In this document: positions 24,231 through 39,670 of the stretch, piece by piece
How the letters are laid out: every line of letters begins with the position of its first letter
Numbering within the stretch: the stretch's first letter is position 1
NCBI GenBank assembly: GCA_964016885.1
Contig: OZ024744.1
Coordinates: 66,836,001 to 66,900,000, forward strand
Reading direction: 5' to 3'
Source: Eledone cirrhosa
Taxonomy: Eukaryota
DNA length: 64,000 nucleotides
Position numbers and translations under genes: made by a program
Notes under the pieces: generated by a model
What the model was told of the DNA's origin: nothing
Database searches by the model: none
The model's input: the letters and a program-made list of their open reading frames with translations, nothing else

Positions 24231-27200
24231 ACTAATATATATTTGTGAAAGGGACGGTGGTTGAAATTCAGATGTGCACGGTTAAATGGTAGTAGACGTG
24301 GACGGACTGACATGAAAATTTACACACCTATGTAAAAAGTGCCAGGGAAGCAAATAGACGAGGTTTCAAATTTCTAACTTGAAAAATGTGGTCCCTGGGG
24401 CCCCAAAACTATCGCGTTTGGTGAGTTATTTCACCCCGTTCTAATACTTTTGTCTTATTTACAATTTCATCAACGTTCTTTTGCTGTTAACATACAGTAC
24501 CAATAATTTGAAAAATATTATTGAAAGTTTATTATAAAGAAGCAGTTTCAGGAAAAAGTGTAAACAATCATACAAACCTTCATAATATGCATTTTTAAAC
24601 TTGCATATCATCGACATTGCTATTTCGCTGTTAATAAACCATCATCCTTCTACATTTAACGATCATACAGTACCGTTTTATGAAATCGATTCTGCAGTAC
24701 GGTCACTGTTTTCCATCAAAAGAAATAAAACCCTCGGCGATACTTGGTTTTAGTGTCCTAAATTATCATCATCGACATTCAATTATTAGCTCCACCCACT
24801 ACACGATACGTCACGAAGGTAAATGTTTCGAAAAAATTTTAAACTGTATATCGCAACAATATATTTTTGAAAGACATTTTTTTCTGTTGTTAAAAACTGT
24901 AAATCTGTTAAAAAAAAAATGTATTTCGCAGCAATTTTTTTTCTATTAAAACGTGTAAATAAATATTCATGTAAAAATGAAGCATAGTGTTTCGGTTAAA
25001 TACATTTTTTAAAAAACAGTTTTACTGTTTTAAACAACAGAAAAAAAATATCTTTAAACAATATATTGTTGCGATATACCGTTTAACATTTTTTCGAAAC
25101 ATTTACCTTCGTGACGTATCGAGTGTTAAAAAAAAATGTATTTCGCAGCAATTTTTTTTCTGTTAAAAAAAACTGTAAATAAATATTCATGTGAAAATGA
25201 AGCATAGTTTTTCTGTGAAAAACTGTAAATAAATATTTATTTTGTTAAAAAAATAAATCAAAAATCTAATTTTCTCTGTTAATATTTTAATAAATATTTA
25301 TTCTAAAAATTCAATGTTTTTTCGTGTAAAAATGAAGCATGTAAGAAAATGAACATGTAAAAAATCAAGCCGCAGCAGCTGATGATGTGTGGTGACGTAT
25401 CGTGTAGTGGGTGGAGCTAATAATTGAATGTCGATGATGATAATTTAGGACACTAAAACCAAGTATCGTCAAACCCTTAAATTGCGAAGAAGGGACGCGT
25501 GTTTTTATTTTAATTCTAATACATGTTAACCACCACTAACAGTAAGTAGTATTTTTCAAATTGCATATCATCGAGATTGCTATTTCGCTGTTAATAAACA
25601 ACGCTTTTCACGTCGCTCCACCTCTCATTGTATGACGTCCAGCTCCAAGTGCATATTTCTATTTTTTTTCCTGAAACCGTTTCTTTATAATAAACTTTCA
25701 ATAATATTTTTCAAATTATTAACTTAATAAAAAGTGGCCCCGGGTGCAACCGGGCTCAGCTGCTAGTCTAATATATATTTGTGAAATGGGCGGTGGTTGA
25801 AATTCAAATGTGCACGGTTAAATGGTAGTAGACGTGGACGGACTGACATGAAAATTTACACACCTATGTAAAAAATGCCAAGGAAGTAAATAGACGAGGT
25901 TTCAAAGCTCTAACTTGAAAAATGTGGTCCCTGGGGCCCCAAAACTATCGCGTTTGGTGAGTTATTTCCCCCTGTTCTAATACTTTTGTCTTATTTACAA
26001 TTTCATCAACGTTCTTTCGCTGTTAACATACAGTACCAATAATTTGAAAAATATTATTGAAAGTTTATTATAAAGAAGCAGTTTCAGGAAAAAGTGTAAA
26101 CTATCATACAAACCTTCATAATATGCATTTTTAAACTTGCATATCATCGGCATTGATATTTCGCTGTTAATAAACCATCATCCTTCTACATTTAATGATC
26201 ATACAGTACCGTTTTATGAAATCGATTCTGCAGTACGGTCACTGTTTTCCATCAAAAGAAATAAAACCCTCGGCGATACTTGGTTTTAGTGTCCTAAATT
26301 ATCATCATCGACATTCAATTATTAGCTCCACCCACTACACGATACGTCACGAAGGTAAATGTTTCGAAAAAATTTTAAACTGTATATCGCAACAATATAT
26401 TTTTGAAAGAAATTTTTTTTCTGTTGTTAAAAACTGTAAATCTGTTAAAAAAAATGTATTTCGCAGCAATTTTTTTTCTATTAAAAACTGTAAATAAATA
26501 TTCATGAAAAATGAAGCATAGTGTTTCGGTTAAATACATTTTTTTTAAAGCAGTTTGAAATTCAAATGTGCACGGTTAAATGGTAGTAGACGTGGACGGA
26601 CTGACATGAAAATTTACACACCAATGTAAAACGTGCCAAGGAAGCAAATAGACGAGGTTTCAAATCTCTAACTTGAAAAATATGGTCCCTGGGGCCCCAA
26701 AACTATCGCGTTTGGTGAGTTATTTCCCCCTGTTCTAATACTTTTGTCTAAACCATATGCATTTCTACAGTATTTTCACCAAACTTAAGACATAGGTTAC
26801 TTATGTACTCTGGATGGTCATGGGCACTGGCATTTTTCCAGATATTGATTATAGGGCCCCCCGGCAGATAACCCCTTTAACTACTTTCACCACTTCCTTG
26901 TAGTCGACTGAAGCACTGCCGTGCAATGCAACAAAACGTCATAACTTCTGGAGTTCGCAATCGATTTTCACAAAACTTGACACATGGGCTACGTTTGTCC
27001 TACAGATGAATGTGAACTCTCGAATTGGCACATATTGGGTAGGGGACCCCTGGGGGCAGGAACCACCTTTTGGAAAAAGCCGATGATTTTGTAAAAGTAT
27101 AGTTTTCGAAGCAGCACTGAAGTATTGACATAAATGGTATACACAACTGCTATTTAATATCCGAACAAAGCCGGGTACCTCTGCTATTCTAATATATATT

Positions 27201-27480
27201 TGTGAAATATATGTGAAATGGTTGAAATTCAGATGTGCACGGTTAAATGATAGTAGACGTGGTCGGACTGACATGAACATTTACACACCTATGTAAAAAA
27301 TGCCAAGGAAGCAAATAGACGAGGTTTCAAATCTCTAACTTGAAAAATGTGGTCCCTGGGGCCCCAAAACTATCGCGTTCGGTGAGTTATTTCCCCCTGA
27401 TCTAATACTTTTGTCTTATTTATAATTTCATACAAATAAAGCAGTAAATAAAGGATTATGAGTTCATGCAATTGACTTAT
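24231..27480 (+). mobile_element. Head-to-tail array of non-autonomous Helitron family B copies
   Basis: Repeated 5' end (T/A)CTAATATATATTTGTGAAA at 24231, 25767 and 27188, plus a restart near 26555; 3' hairpin CCCGG-GTGCAA-CCGGG + CTAG at 25739-25766 directly abuts the next TC. Confidence 0.8.
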
Positions 27481-27490
27481 GTTTCGTCAC

Positions 27491-27564
<74 letters not shown>

Positions 27565-28029
27565 GAAAACGCTTTAATAAAAAAAAATATCAACTGTAAT
27601 GTATGTATGCATGTATTTATGTGTTTATATGAGCGGGGATATGCAAGTAAATCTTACTTTGTGGACAGCTCATCCTTAGCATAATATTCATGCTAGAACA
27701 CCATATATCTGAAAGTTTTCAGGGAGTTGAATTACTGATTTTGGATCGGCAGCTTTAGCTTTGAAAAAATGAAATGTGCAGTGTAAACATTTTTTATTAT
27801 TCCTCCGGGGATGAATCTTCTCTGCCTTTTTCTATCTCTTTCTTTCTCTCTGGAAGAAATCAGCCGTAGTAAAACCTAAAAAAATGGTTAGATACACCAT
27901 GACGCACCGTGTTGAAAAGCAGACTCAGAACATGGCATTGTGTGGGGTGGCTCGCAGCTCAATGTTCCAGGGGAGCAAAAGAAGAAGAAGAAGAAGAAGA
28001 AGAAGAAGAAGAAGAAGAAGAAGAAGAAG

Positions 28030-28060
<31 letters not shown>

Positions 28061-28839
28061 GAGCTGGAGTCCTATCAAATATGTAGGTTATGTCTCAAAT
28101 TGAAGGTTTAGTAGAAACAATTCATGTATAGTTTTGTACTTTTCTTTTTGTCATTCAAATATAAACAAACCTACTATATAAATTGGAAGTGGTCGGACGT
28201 TGTATATGTAGGTGTAGTCGGATAAACGTCGAAACGGCTTGGTGGAATGCAGCGAAAATTTACACAGTTATGCAGAATGACCCGAGGAGTCGTTGGGTCG
28301 AATTTCACGCTACAATCTTCCAAGGTTACGGAGAAAATCGATGAAACGGGATTTCCCATTCAAATTGAACTGAGAGTAATCTGTGAATGCAGAAGTAATT
28401 ATTTCGAGAAACGTTGCAACATAACGAAAACAGGAAGACGATATTTTGGTTCGTGAAGACGTTCCCTGGAAATGAACGGGAAAAAGGCGAGGATAATACG
28501 TCGTTATGTGGAGCGTGAAGAACAATTTCATGCAAAGACAAGACCAAGTTTATGGTATAAATGGAGTCGTTAGACTAATATTCTATTTAAAATAACAGAA
28601 TGATTTCCAACCCCGGAGTTTAAGAATGATGTAAATAAAATTGAAAACGAAAATGATAGAGGTTATTAAAATAGTAAAAGTAAATAGTGAAGATTTAGGC
28701 CAGTACATACGTATGCCCCGACGGACATACACATATATACGCACACACAAATACATACCCCCCCCACACACACACACAAACACACACACACGCACACACA
28801 CGAACGCACGCGCGTATGTATAAACCTTATACATTTCTA

Positions 28840-29248
28840 CCAAACTTAAGACATAGGTTACATATGTACTCCGGATGGTCATGGGCACTATCATTTTTCC
28901 AGATATTGATTATAGGGCCCCCCGGCAGATAACCCCTGTAACCACTTTAACCACTTCCTTGGAGTCGACTGAAGAACTGCAGTGCAATGCAACAAAACGT
29001 CATAACTTCTGGAGTTCGCAAACGATTTTCACAAAACTTGACACATGGGCTCTGTTTGTCCTACAGATGAATGTGAACTCTCAGAATTGGCACATATTGG
29101 GTAGGAGAGCCCTGGGGGCAGGAACCCCCTTTTGGAAAAAGCCGATGATTTTGTAAAATATAGTTTTCGAAGCAGCACTGAAGTATTGACATAAATGGTA
29201 TACACAACTGCTATTTAATATCCGAGCAACGCTGGGTACCTCTACTAG
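28840..29248 (+). mobile_element. Helitron family B 3' half
   Basis: Close match to 26770-27187; ends CCGAGCAACGCTGGGTACCTCTACTAG|T. Confidence 0.75.
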
Positions 29249-29348
29249 TATATATATGAATGTAATCTGAGTATTTCGAATATTAATAATAACATTCGAT
29301 TCGTTTGCAATTTTGCAAAGAAGCCTCAATTTTATAGTCATTTTATAG

Positions 29349-29351
<3 letters not shown>

Positions 29352-29409
<58 letters not shown>

Positions 29410-30413
29410 GAGAATGTCTGTCTGTCTGACTCCCTAAAACTCGAGAACCGCCCAACCGAGTTTTTCCAAACTTTACCCATGTAATACTTGTAGTCCAGTG
29501 AGTGTTTTGAGCAAAACATATTTCAAATTTCCAACGTCCTAGGGACCGCATTAGGCGATTTAGAGATCTCTCTCTATAATTCTTAGTCTTTCTTTTTAGA
29601 TAGATACATAGATATAACGTTGCGCCCTTATAATATCTGTCTGTATGTCTGGCTGTCTACATTACGACATTATGACGTCGCTATATGTGTGTGTATATGT
29701 ATATATAGTGTGTGTGTATATATATATATATAGTGTGTAACGTTTTTCGAAATATTTACTTCTGCGTTCACAGATTGATTTTTTTAGTTTCAGAAGATCC
29801 GTTAAGGGTGAAAGCAGTGATTCTTTGCTTAAACATTAATCTGTTATTTTAATATATATATATATAATTATATATTTGTGTACAGATACGTTTGCATATA
29901 CAAAAACAAAATATACACAGCAGCAAAAGCAACAACAAAAAAGATAGGGAACGCAATTACATGCTTTTGAAAAATCGTAATGAAAAATTATTTGACTATT
30001 CACCCAAGGCGACTTCACTTTTTATTAGGACTTCTGCATCAATTGGTGAACATACGACGAAACATTGAAAGGAGTAAGACAACACCACTCTCCACCACTG
30101 CAGTCCCACATGCTTACTGCTCTGTAACTATTGCTTTCATTGTACCATAGCACAACAAATACATGTTCGGTTTGTCGAATGCCTTTTTACATAACCCTAT
30201 CGTCTTGGCTTTCGTGGGTTGAATATTTTACTCTCAGGCACCCAATTAAGTTAAACCCCTGGTAATCTACGACAAATTTATTTTATAAGCACAAAATGAA
30301 GACACCATCCCCAGGCCGAGGTATTCCGTACTTCTCTGTACTGTTTCAGAAAGGAAGGATAAACATGCCAATCTATGTTTAGAATCCCGAGCAACGCCGG
30401 GCCATTCTGCTAG
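29352..30413 (+). mobile_element. Non-autonomous Helitron (family A, longer variant)
   Basis: 5' TAAAACAGAGAATGTCTGTCTG as at 13679; 3' CCCGAGCAACGCCGGGCCATTCTGCTAG|T; ~450 bp of extra internal sequence. Confidence 0.8.
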
Positions 30414-30435
30414 TATATATATATATATTTATATA

Positions 30436-31149
30436 TTTATCCAAACTATTGAGCCCTCTGCCACACATGTCGGATATTGTTTATCGTGATTTCGTGGGCC
30501 GATATTCCGATTCTCGATCATTCTACTGTATTTAGCTCCAGTCTTTAGCTATTGACCAGTTAATTTTATTGATTTTTTTGTTGATCTTATTGACTGATGA
30601 ATAGCTCTTGTTTATTTTAACACGTCTGTTGAGCACTCTGATTCGATATGTGATCCTTTGTATTTTTACATAATTTACACATCACCGAATTCTTTCGCTA
30701 ATATAGGGGTTCCCTCCCTTGCTGAATACCATGTGCGTTTTGGCTGTGGGTCCCTCCGTATTTTTGAACGGAAACTCGTTGATAAAGCTTTTCCTCGTTC
30801 ATCTCCTCACTAGAAGTCATATATTTTTTATGTGGGCTGATAGTGATTTGATTAAGGAATTGCAGAAACCCAAAAAGCTAGAATTTAACATCCTTCTAGT
30901 GGGTCCGGGTGAGTTTTTTTACATTCATTTAATTTATTAATTTATTGATATTTTATTTGAGTGACCCGAATCTTCCTGGTCGTTCTTTTTCGGCTGCACG
31001 GGTGATTTTACGCATGATCTCTGTGTGTTGGTATTTTAACGATAGTTATAGCTCTAGTTTATCCAAACTATTGAGCCCTCTGCCACACATGTCGGATATT
31101 GTTTATCGTGATTTCGTGGGCCGATATTCCGATTCTCGATCATTCATTC

Positions 31150-31153
<4 letters not shown>
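30436..31153. repeat. ~720-bp unit with ~90-bp terminal direct repeats inside (TA)n
   Basis: 30436-30523 equals 31058-31145; (TA)n on both sides. Confidence 0.75.
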
Positions 31154-31209
<56 letters not shown>

Positions 31210-31502
31210 GTAAGTCCAAAGAATCATTAGATAAAATATATACAGTATTTCCTCTCCCAATCAGTATAAATTAACCACATAAAAAATCATTTAATCGAGG
31301 CTATAAGTTTAAAATGTACTTATGAAGAAATAATAGACAAATAATACAGATTCTTTTTCGCGATGTACAGCTATACGACACTTACCTAATTATTCCTCCT
31401 AGCCTGTAGAAATTGACTAGACAAATAGTTAACTACACGGAATTAGGTATAAAATAGAAGTTTGAAGAAAAAATGACATAAATTTTACCAGAATTCTCAT
31501 AG

Positions 31503-31586
31503 TCTCTACCAACCGGTGGTTTCGTTCCCCGTTTTGGATATACCCTGTCCTGGATAAATCCACAAGGCTCGGAACTCATCAGGAGA
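31503..31586 (-). ncRNA. Type I hammerhead ribozyme in a PLE 3' end (~31206-31795)
   Basis: Minus strand TCTC-CTGATGA-GTTCC...GGAAC-GAAA-CCA-CCGGT-TGG-TA/GAGA; canonical core, G10.1-C11.1, GUA cleavage. Confidence 0.85.
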
Positions 31587-31794
31587 TACCCCAGACTGGA
31601 CTAAGTTTCTTCTACCATGATTCTCGCCAGAAATGAATTCAAAATGGTTAAGAACCATCACGTGGCCAGTGTTCAAGGCAGATGTATCTGTGACTATGTC
31701 TAATTATATATATATACCCTTTGAATTTAATATATATATATATATGAGAGTATTGAAGTTTGCTTGAAACATTGTGGAATAATAAGGTAAATTT

Positions 31795-32375
31795 CTTTAA
31801 GTCCTTTGGAAGCCTCGACAATACAGATGGGTAAATCTCCTGGTAACAAGATCCGGTGGTGGAGAGAGAGATGTAAGTGGGTGTACGTTGAGATGTGTGG
31901 CGTGTAGAATACTGTAGCGTGTAGAAGAATGTAGGAAAGAGCGTAAAGGATAAAAATAGAAATAATAACACGAGATAGAGTTACCTTGGGAGAGATTTAA
32001 TTGTCCCTATATATTTCGGATTCACATCCATCAACTGCGGGGTTTTTCCGGGGCGGGGGAGGTTGTCTGTCGGAAAGGTGCGAAACGTGTCCTCAGCTGT
32101 TCGTTGTTTTGAATATCTGAGGTATTCAGCAGAGCGCGCGTGCGCGTGAAATGGGGTCGGTCAAGCAGAGGTCGGCGGCCGAAATAGTTCTTTCAATTGT
32201 GGGAGTGGGGTAGCGCTAGCTGTCAGTCCATAGTATTCTCTGCCTGTTTGGTGAATGTTACTGTGTGTGTGTGCGTGTGTTGTTGTCTCGCTTGAGTGTG
32301 TGTGTGTGTGTGCGTATGTTGTTGCCTTTTTCCTCTGTATTGGCAGTGTAGTATGTTCGTATGGTGGAATGCTAC

Positions 32376-32408
<33 letters not shown>

Positions 32409-33548
32409 TTCTGTATCGCTTGTGTGTGTGTGTGCGTGTGTTGCTACATCGTTTGTTTACTTAAAGCAACCACCTCATTTCGCTTCTCTCGGATCGGTTG
32501 TTTAATTGTGGCCCTAGGCGTTTGATCCAAAGTGCTTCCTTGATACGTAATGTGCCGACGTTTCTTTCTGTCGCTAGAATTGTGACAATGGGCCTTCCAT
32601 CTTTGTTTCCGCATTTGGCTGTGTTTCCGGAAAGACGAGGCCCTGGTGTTAATGTGGTCCTTGATCCGGATGTGCAGCGGCCAGATTGTGCTACCTATAT
32701 AGTATTGGTTGCACCTGTTACATTCTATATTATACACGACGTATGTGCGTAGGCAACAGTTCGCATAGCGCATCGGGCAGTCTCTGAGGGAGCACGCGTC
32801 AGTTGATTCCCGGGTTTCCTGTAGAGGCATCTTCGCAGGGAGGGACCCGAGTGGGCCAGGTGGATGTCGAGGGCCTCCCTCCGTATAGCCTTGCGGATAG
32901 CGTTGGTGGTATTCTCGCCCAGGTGTGGCATTTTAAGGAAGCACTTGCCTTGGGTGCCTCTCTGTCTCTTGTGTCTGGTGTCTCCTACTCTATCTGTGAG
33001 CGAGGTAGGGTACCAGTTCGTCTCCAGCACCTCGAGGAATCGCTTGGTATGAGTGACACCACTCGCGGGATCGCTGCATCTGTTTTTAATTCACGCGATC
33101 TCGTTCGTGATGTATCCTCTTTTGGCACTGTTAGGGAGGGCGGACTTGTAGTGGACTGACAGCTAGCGCCACCCCACTCCCACAATTGAAAGAACTATTT
33201 CGGCCGCCGACCTCTGCTTGACCGACCCCATTTCACGCGCACCCGCGCTCTGCTGAATACCTCAGATATTCAAAACAACGAACAGCGAGGGACACGTTTC
33301 GCACCTTTCCGACAGACAACCTTCCCCCCCGCCGGAAAAACCCCAGTTGATGGATGTGAATCCGAAAATATATAGGGACAATTAAATCTCTCCCAAGATC
33401 CTTTACGCTCTTTCCTACATTCCTCTACACGTCTTATACACGCCACGCATCTCAACGTACACCCAGTTACATCTCTCTCTCTCCACCACCGGATCTTGTT
33501 ACCCGGAGTTTTACCCATCTGCATTGTCGAGGCTTCCAAACGACTTAA

Positions 33549-33550
<2 letters not shown>
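31795..33550 (-). mobile_element. 5'-truncated Penelope element with inverted pLTRs; RT C-terminus + GIY-YIG endonuclease (frameshifted)
   Basis: VVYNIECNRCNQYYIGSTIWPLHIRIKDH is a PLE GIY-YIG motif; preceding RFLEVLETNWYP..LKMPHLG is the RT thumb region; ~400-bp inverted repeats 31795-32230 / 33151-33550. Confidence 0.88.
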
Positions 33551-33603
<53 letters not shown>

Positions 33604-33648
33604 ATAGAATACTATTAGCTTCTCGCTAAAACAATTTCTATACTTTTC

Positions 33649-33701
<53 letters not shown>

Positions 33702-33862
33702 AATGAATATATGATTATCATATATTCATTTGTATTTCACGGCTCAGAAATATCTCTTTCTTTGAGCTATTTAATTGCAAAAGACTGTTTGAGTTTATAA
33801 CTCTATATATAGTATATATATATATATATCATTTAGAAGTGAAGCATATCAATTTGTCTCTG

Positions 33863-33990
33863 GATGTTTACTGAGGAGAGCGGGACATGATATTCCTACA
33901 CTTATTTAACTCGAAACATATTTGGATCTTAAAGTCTAAACTTATCTACGGAACGGGTTTGATTTTGAAATTTAAATGTGTCTAAACATC
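33863..33990 (+). ncRNA. Type I hammerhead ribozyme with long stem III
   Basis: GATGTTTA-CTGAGGA-GAG...CTC-GAAA-CATATTTGGAT...ATTTAAATGTG-TC/TAAACATC; stem I 8 bp, canonical core, GUC cleavage; unit 33700-34155 lies in (TA)n. Confidence 0.85.
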
Positions 33991-34151
33991 ACGGCCTTTT
34001 GCCAATACAGTTCGTCTCCGTTGATTTATTATTTTAAATCGATATGGACAAACTGTAGTATAATAATTAGTATACTTCAATCTGGCTAAATTTTTCTTTT
34101 GCAATATATATACAGATGTGTTGGTATCTGTGTTTCATCACTTACATATTA

Positions 34152-34246
<95 letters not shown>

Positions 34247-34253
34247 CATAGTA

Positions 34254-34400
34254 ATAATTGTTTCTACTTTTTGGCACAAGGCCAGCAATTACCCAGGGCA
34301 TTACTGGTACTTTATTTTATCGACCTCGTAAGGATGAAAGGCAAAGTTAACCTCGGCGGTATTCGAACTCAGAATGGCAAGGGCCGTAACTCTATGCATC
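34254..34400 (-). mobile_element. SINE family S1, 5'-truncated
   Basis: Reverse complement of the S1 B-box, core and tail. Confidence 0.85.
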
Positions 34401-34461
34401 AAAACCTTGCAAAACAAATATATATATATACATACATACATACATACATACACACACAGAC

Positions 34462-34515
<54 letters not shown>

Positions 34516-34661
34516 GTGTGTGTGTATGTGTGTGTGTGCGATTCTTTGCTTAAACTTTAATCTTTTATTTTAATAACTATTTGCTCTACCGTTCTTATAT
34601 ATTTTGTATATATTTATCCTTATCGAGCACTACGGATTTTAGTCTTCACATTTAATATTAT

Positions 34662-34702
<41 letters not shown>

Positions 34703-34716
34703 TTTAATATAGATGA

Positions 34717-34765
34717 GATTCTACAGGACTAGAACTGTTTCATTCATTAGAAATCATCAGGAATC
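34717..34765 (-). ncRNA. Type I hammerhead ribozyme within a perfect 48-bp inverted repeat (34703-34750 / 34766-34813)
   Basis: Minus strand GATTC-CTGATGA-T-TTC-TAAT-GAA-T-GAAA-CAG-TTCTAGTC-CTG-TA/GAATC; stems I, II and III all pair; GUA cleavage. Confidence 0.8.
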
Positions 34766-34882
34766 CTAATGAATGAAACAGTTCTAGTCCTGTAGAATCT
34801 CATCTATATTAAAACTGTTATACTCTGCTATGTATTGAGTACCTTACTTACTGTGGTTACCTCCGATTCAACCCGGAATAAC

Positions 34883-34944
<62 letters not shown>

Positions 34945-34949
34945 TTTAG

Positions 34950-35185
34950 TTTAGGGTAGTTTTTATCCGCGCGGTGGCCATAGCGAAAGAGGTCGTGTGG
35001 TGGGCAGATCTGAAAGGTTTGGGACATGTACTTTCCTTTTCGGGAAATCCTTGATGGACTTTTAAGGGTTTCACTTGAAGAAGAAAATCAGGGTGCAGGG
35101 GCAAGTGTTGCTTTCCAGCCAGTTTGATGAAAGGTGGGTGAGTGTGGAGAGCATGGCCTGAGTGAATGAGCCTGCTTTGAGACAA
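34950..35185 (+). mobile_element. Tx1-like ORF2 C-terminal fragment (older copy)
   Basis: VFIRAVAIAKEVVWWADLKGL..KKKIRV..ERWV parallels VFLCTVAMVKEVIWWTRLRGL..ERWV at 45241-45564. Confidence 0.75.
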
Positions 35186-35774
35186 GACATTACCTCAGGT
35201 GATAGAGGGTCCCTTAATTACACATACTATAGCAGGGAATGTTGGTGTTGATAAACCAAGGCTGAACGTTCTGGCATAGATTTAAAATTAATTAAAAGAG
35301 TCAAGAATAGATCAGAGAAAGATTTTAATTTCAAATGAAAATATATTTGTAAATTGACAGAGGACAGCTGGGAGAGTTGTGATTATAATGATGATGATGA
35401 AGACACCACCACCACCACCAACACCACCACCAACACCACCACCAACAACAACAGCAACAACAACAACAGTGACGGCCCTCCGTGACGGGCTGCCTTTTTG
35501 CACGGCTTGCAAGGTTCACGTCACCCCTATGCTATCTCGTGAGTTTCAAAAAGAGGCAGATAGGAAGGTAGATAGGAACAGGGGAATGATATATGCGATA
35601 GACAGATATGATTGTTGGTGGAAAGGGCTGTAAGTGTGGGATATGGCAGTGATCGGGCATGTGGCTATAGGAACTGTTATCAAATAAAAATACAACTGAA
35701 AGTGGAACAGAAAATGAACAAGTTACGTACTTTATTTAGGAGCTTAATATACCAGAGAGGGAACAGAAGGAGGA

Positions 35775-38849
<3,075 letters not shown>

Positions 38850-39039
38850 GAGATAGATAGATAGATAGATAGATAGAGAAAGAAAGAGAGGGAGAGAGAG
38901 AGAGAAAGAAAGAGATAGGGGAAAAAGAGAAAGAGAGAGAGGGGGAGAGAGAGAAAGAAAGAAAAAGAGAAGATGGGACTTCTTGAAAGTTCCTACACAT
39001 ATATACATGATCGCACGTGCGTACACATATATGCATATA

Positions 39040-39420
39040 CCGATATAAATTGCGGTACATGCTTATACATAATTGAAGGACCAGAATTCAAATTTAAGGA
39101 TGGACAAACCATCAATTTAACCTGCAATTCTGAAAACCTAATCTATGTGATTACATGCTGCGGATGTCCGCAAAATTACATAGGGCAGGCAGGAGTATCA
39201 TTTCGCTAAAGAATGACCATACACCACCAACAAATCCATGATGAAAACACGAGACGAATCCCCTTAAGCAGCCATATTGCAACATATGTAGGATTAGACA
39301 TACCCAACTTCAACATTTTCCCCAGTCTACAAATGCTCAGATTTTTTCACTCAGCAATAGAAAATAAATAAAGAAGAACAATTTATTCAATTTATTAAAA
39401 TTATAAACTACAATTAAAGA
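39040..39420 (+). mobile_element. Penelope-like GIY-YIG endonuclease remnant
   Basis: CGTCLYI..LTCNSENLIYVITCCGCPQNYIGQAGVSFR*RMTIHHQQI. Confidence 0.85.
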
Positions 39421-39670
39421 TGTAATTGTTCTCTATTCGACAATAAATAGTTATCTATGGGTGGGAATAAGCAATCTATAAACACATGTATGCAAACATT
39501 TGAAACCACACACAAACACACACACCACACACACCAGAAGAAAAAAGGAAAATAATTCCAAGGATAATTCTAGTAACAGATAGATAGAGAGACAGACAGA
39601 CAGACAGTTAGCTATCTATCTATCTATCTATCTAGCTACCTAGCTAGCTAGCTAGCTAGATAGATAGATA

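Noticed and set aside
32030-32100. Possible HHR in the inverted pLTRs of the 31.8-33.5 kb Penelope (CGAAACGTGTC)
   Set aside because: No intact CUGANGA upstream and stem I does not pair
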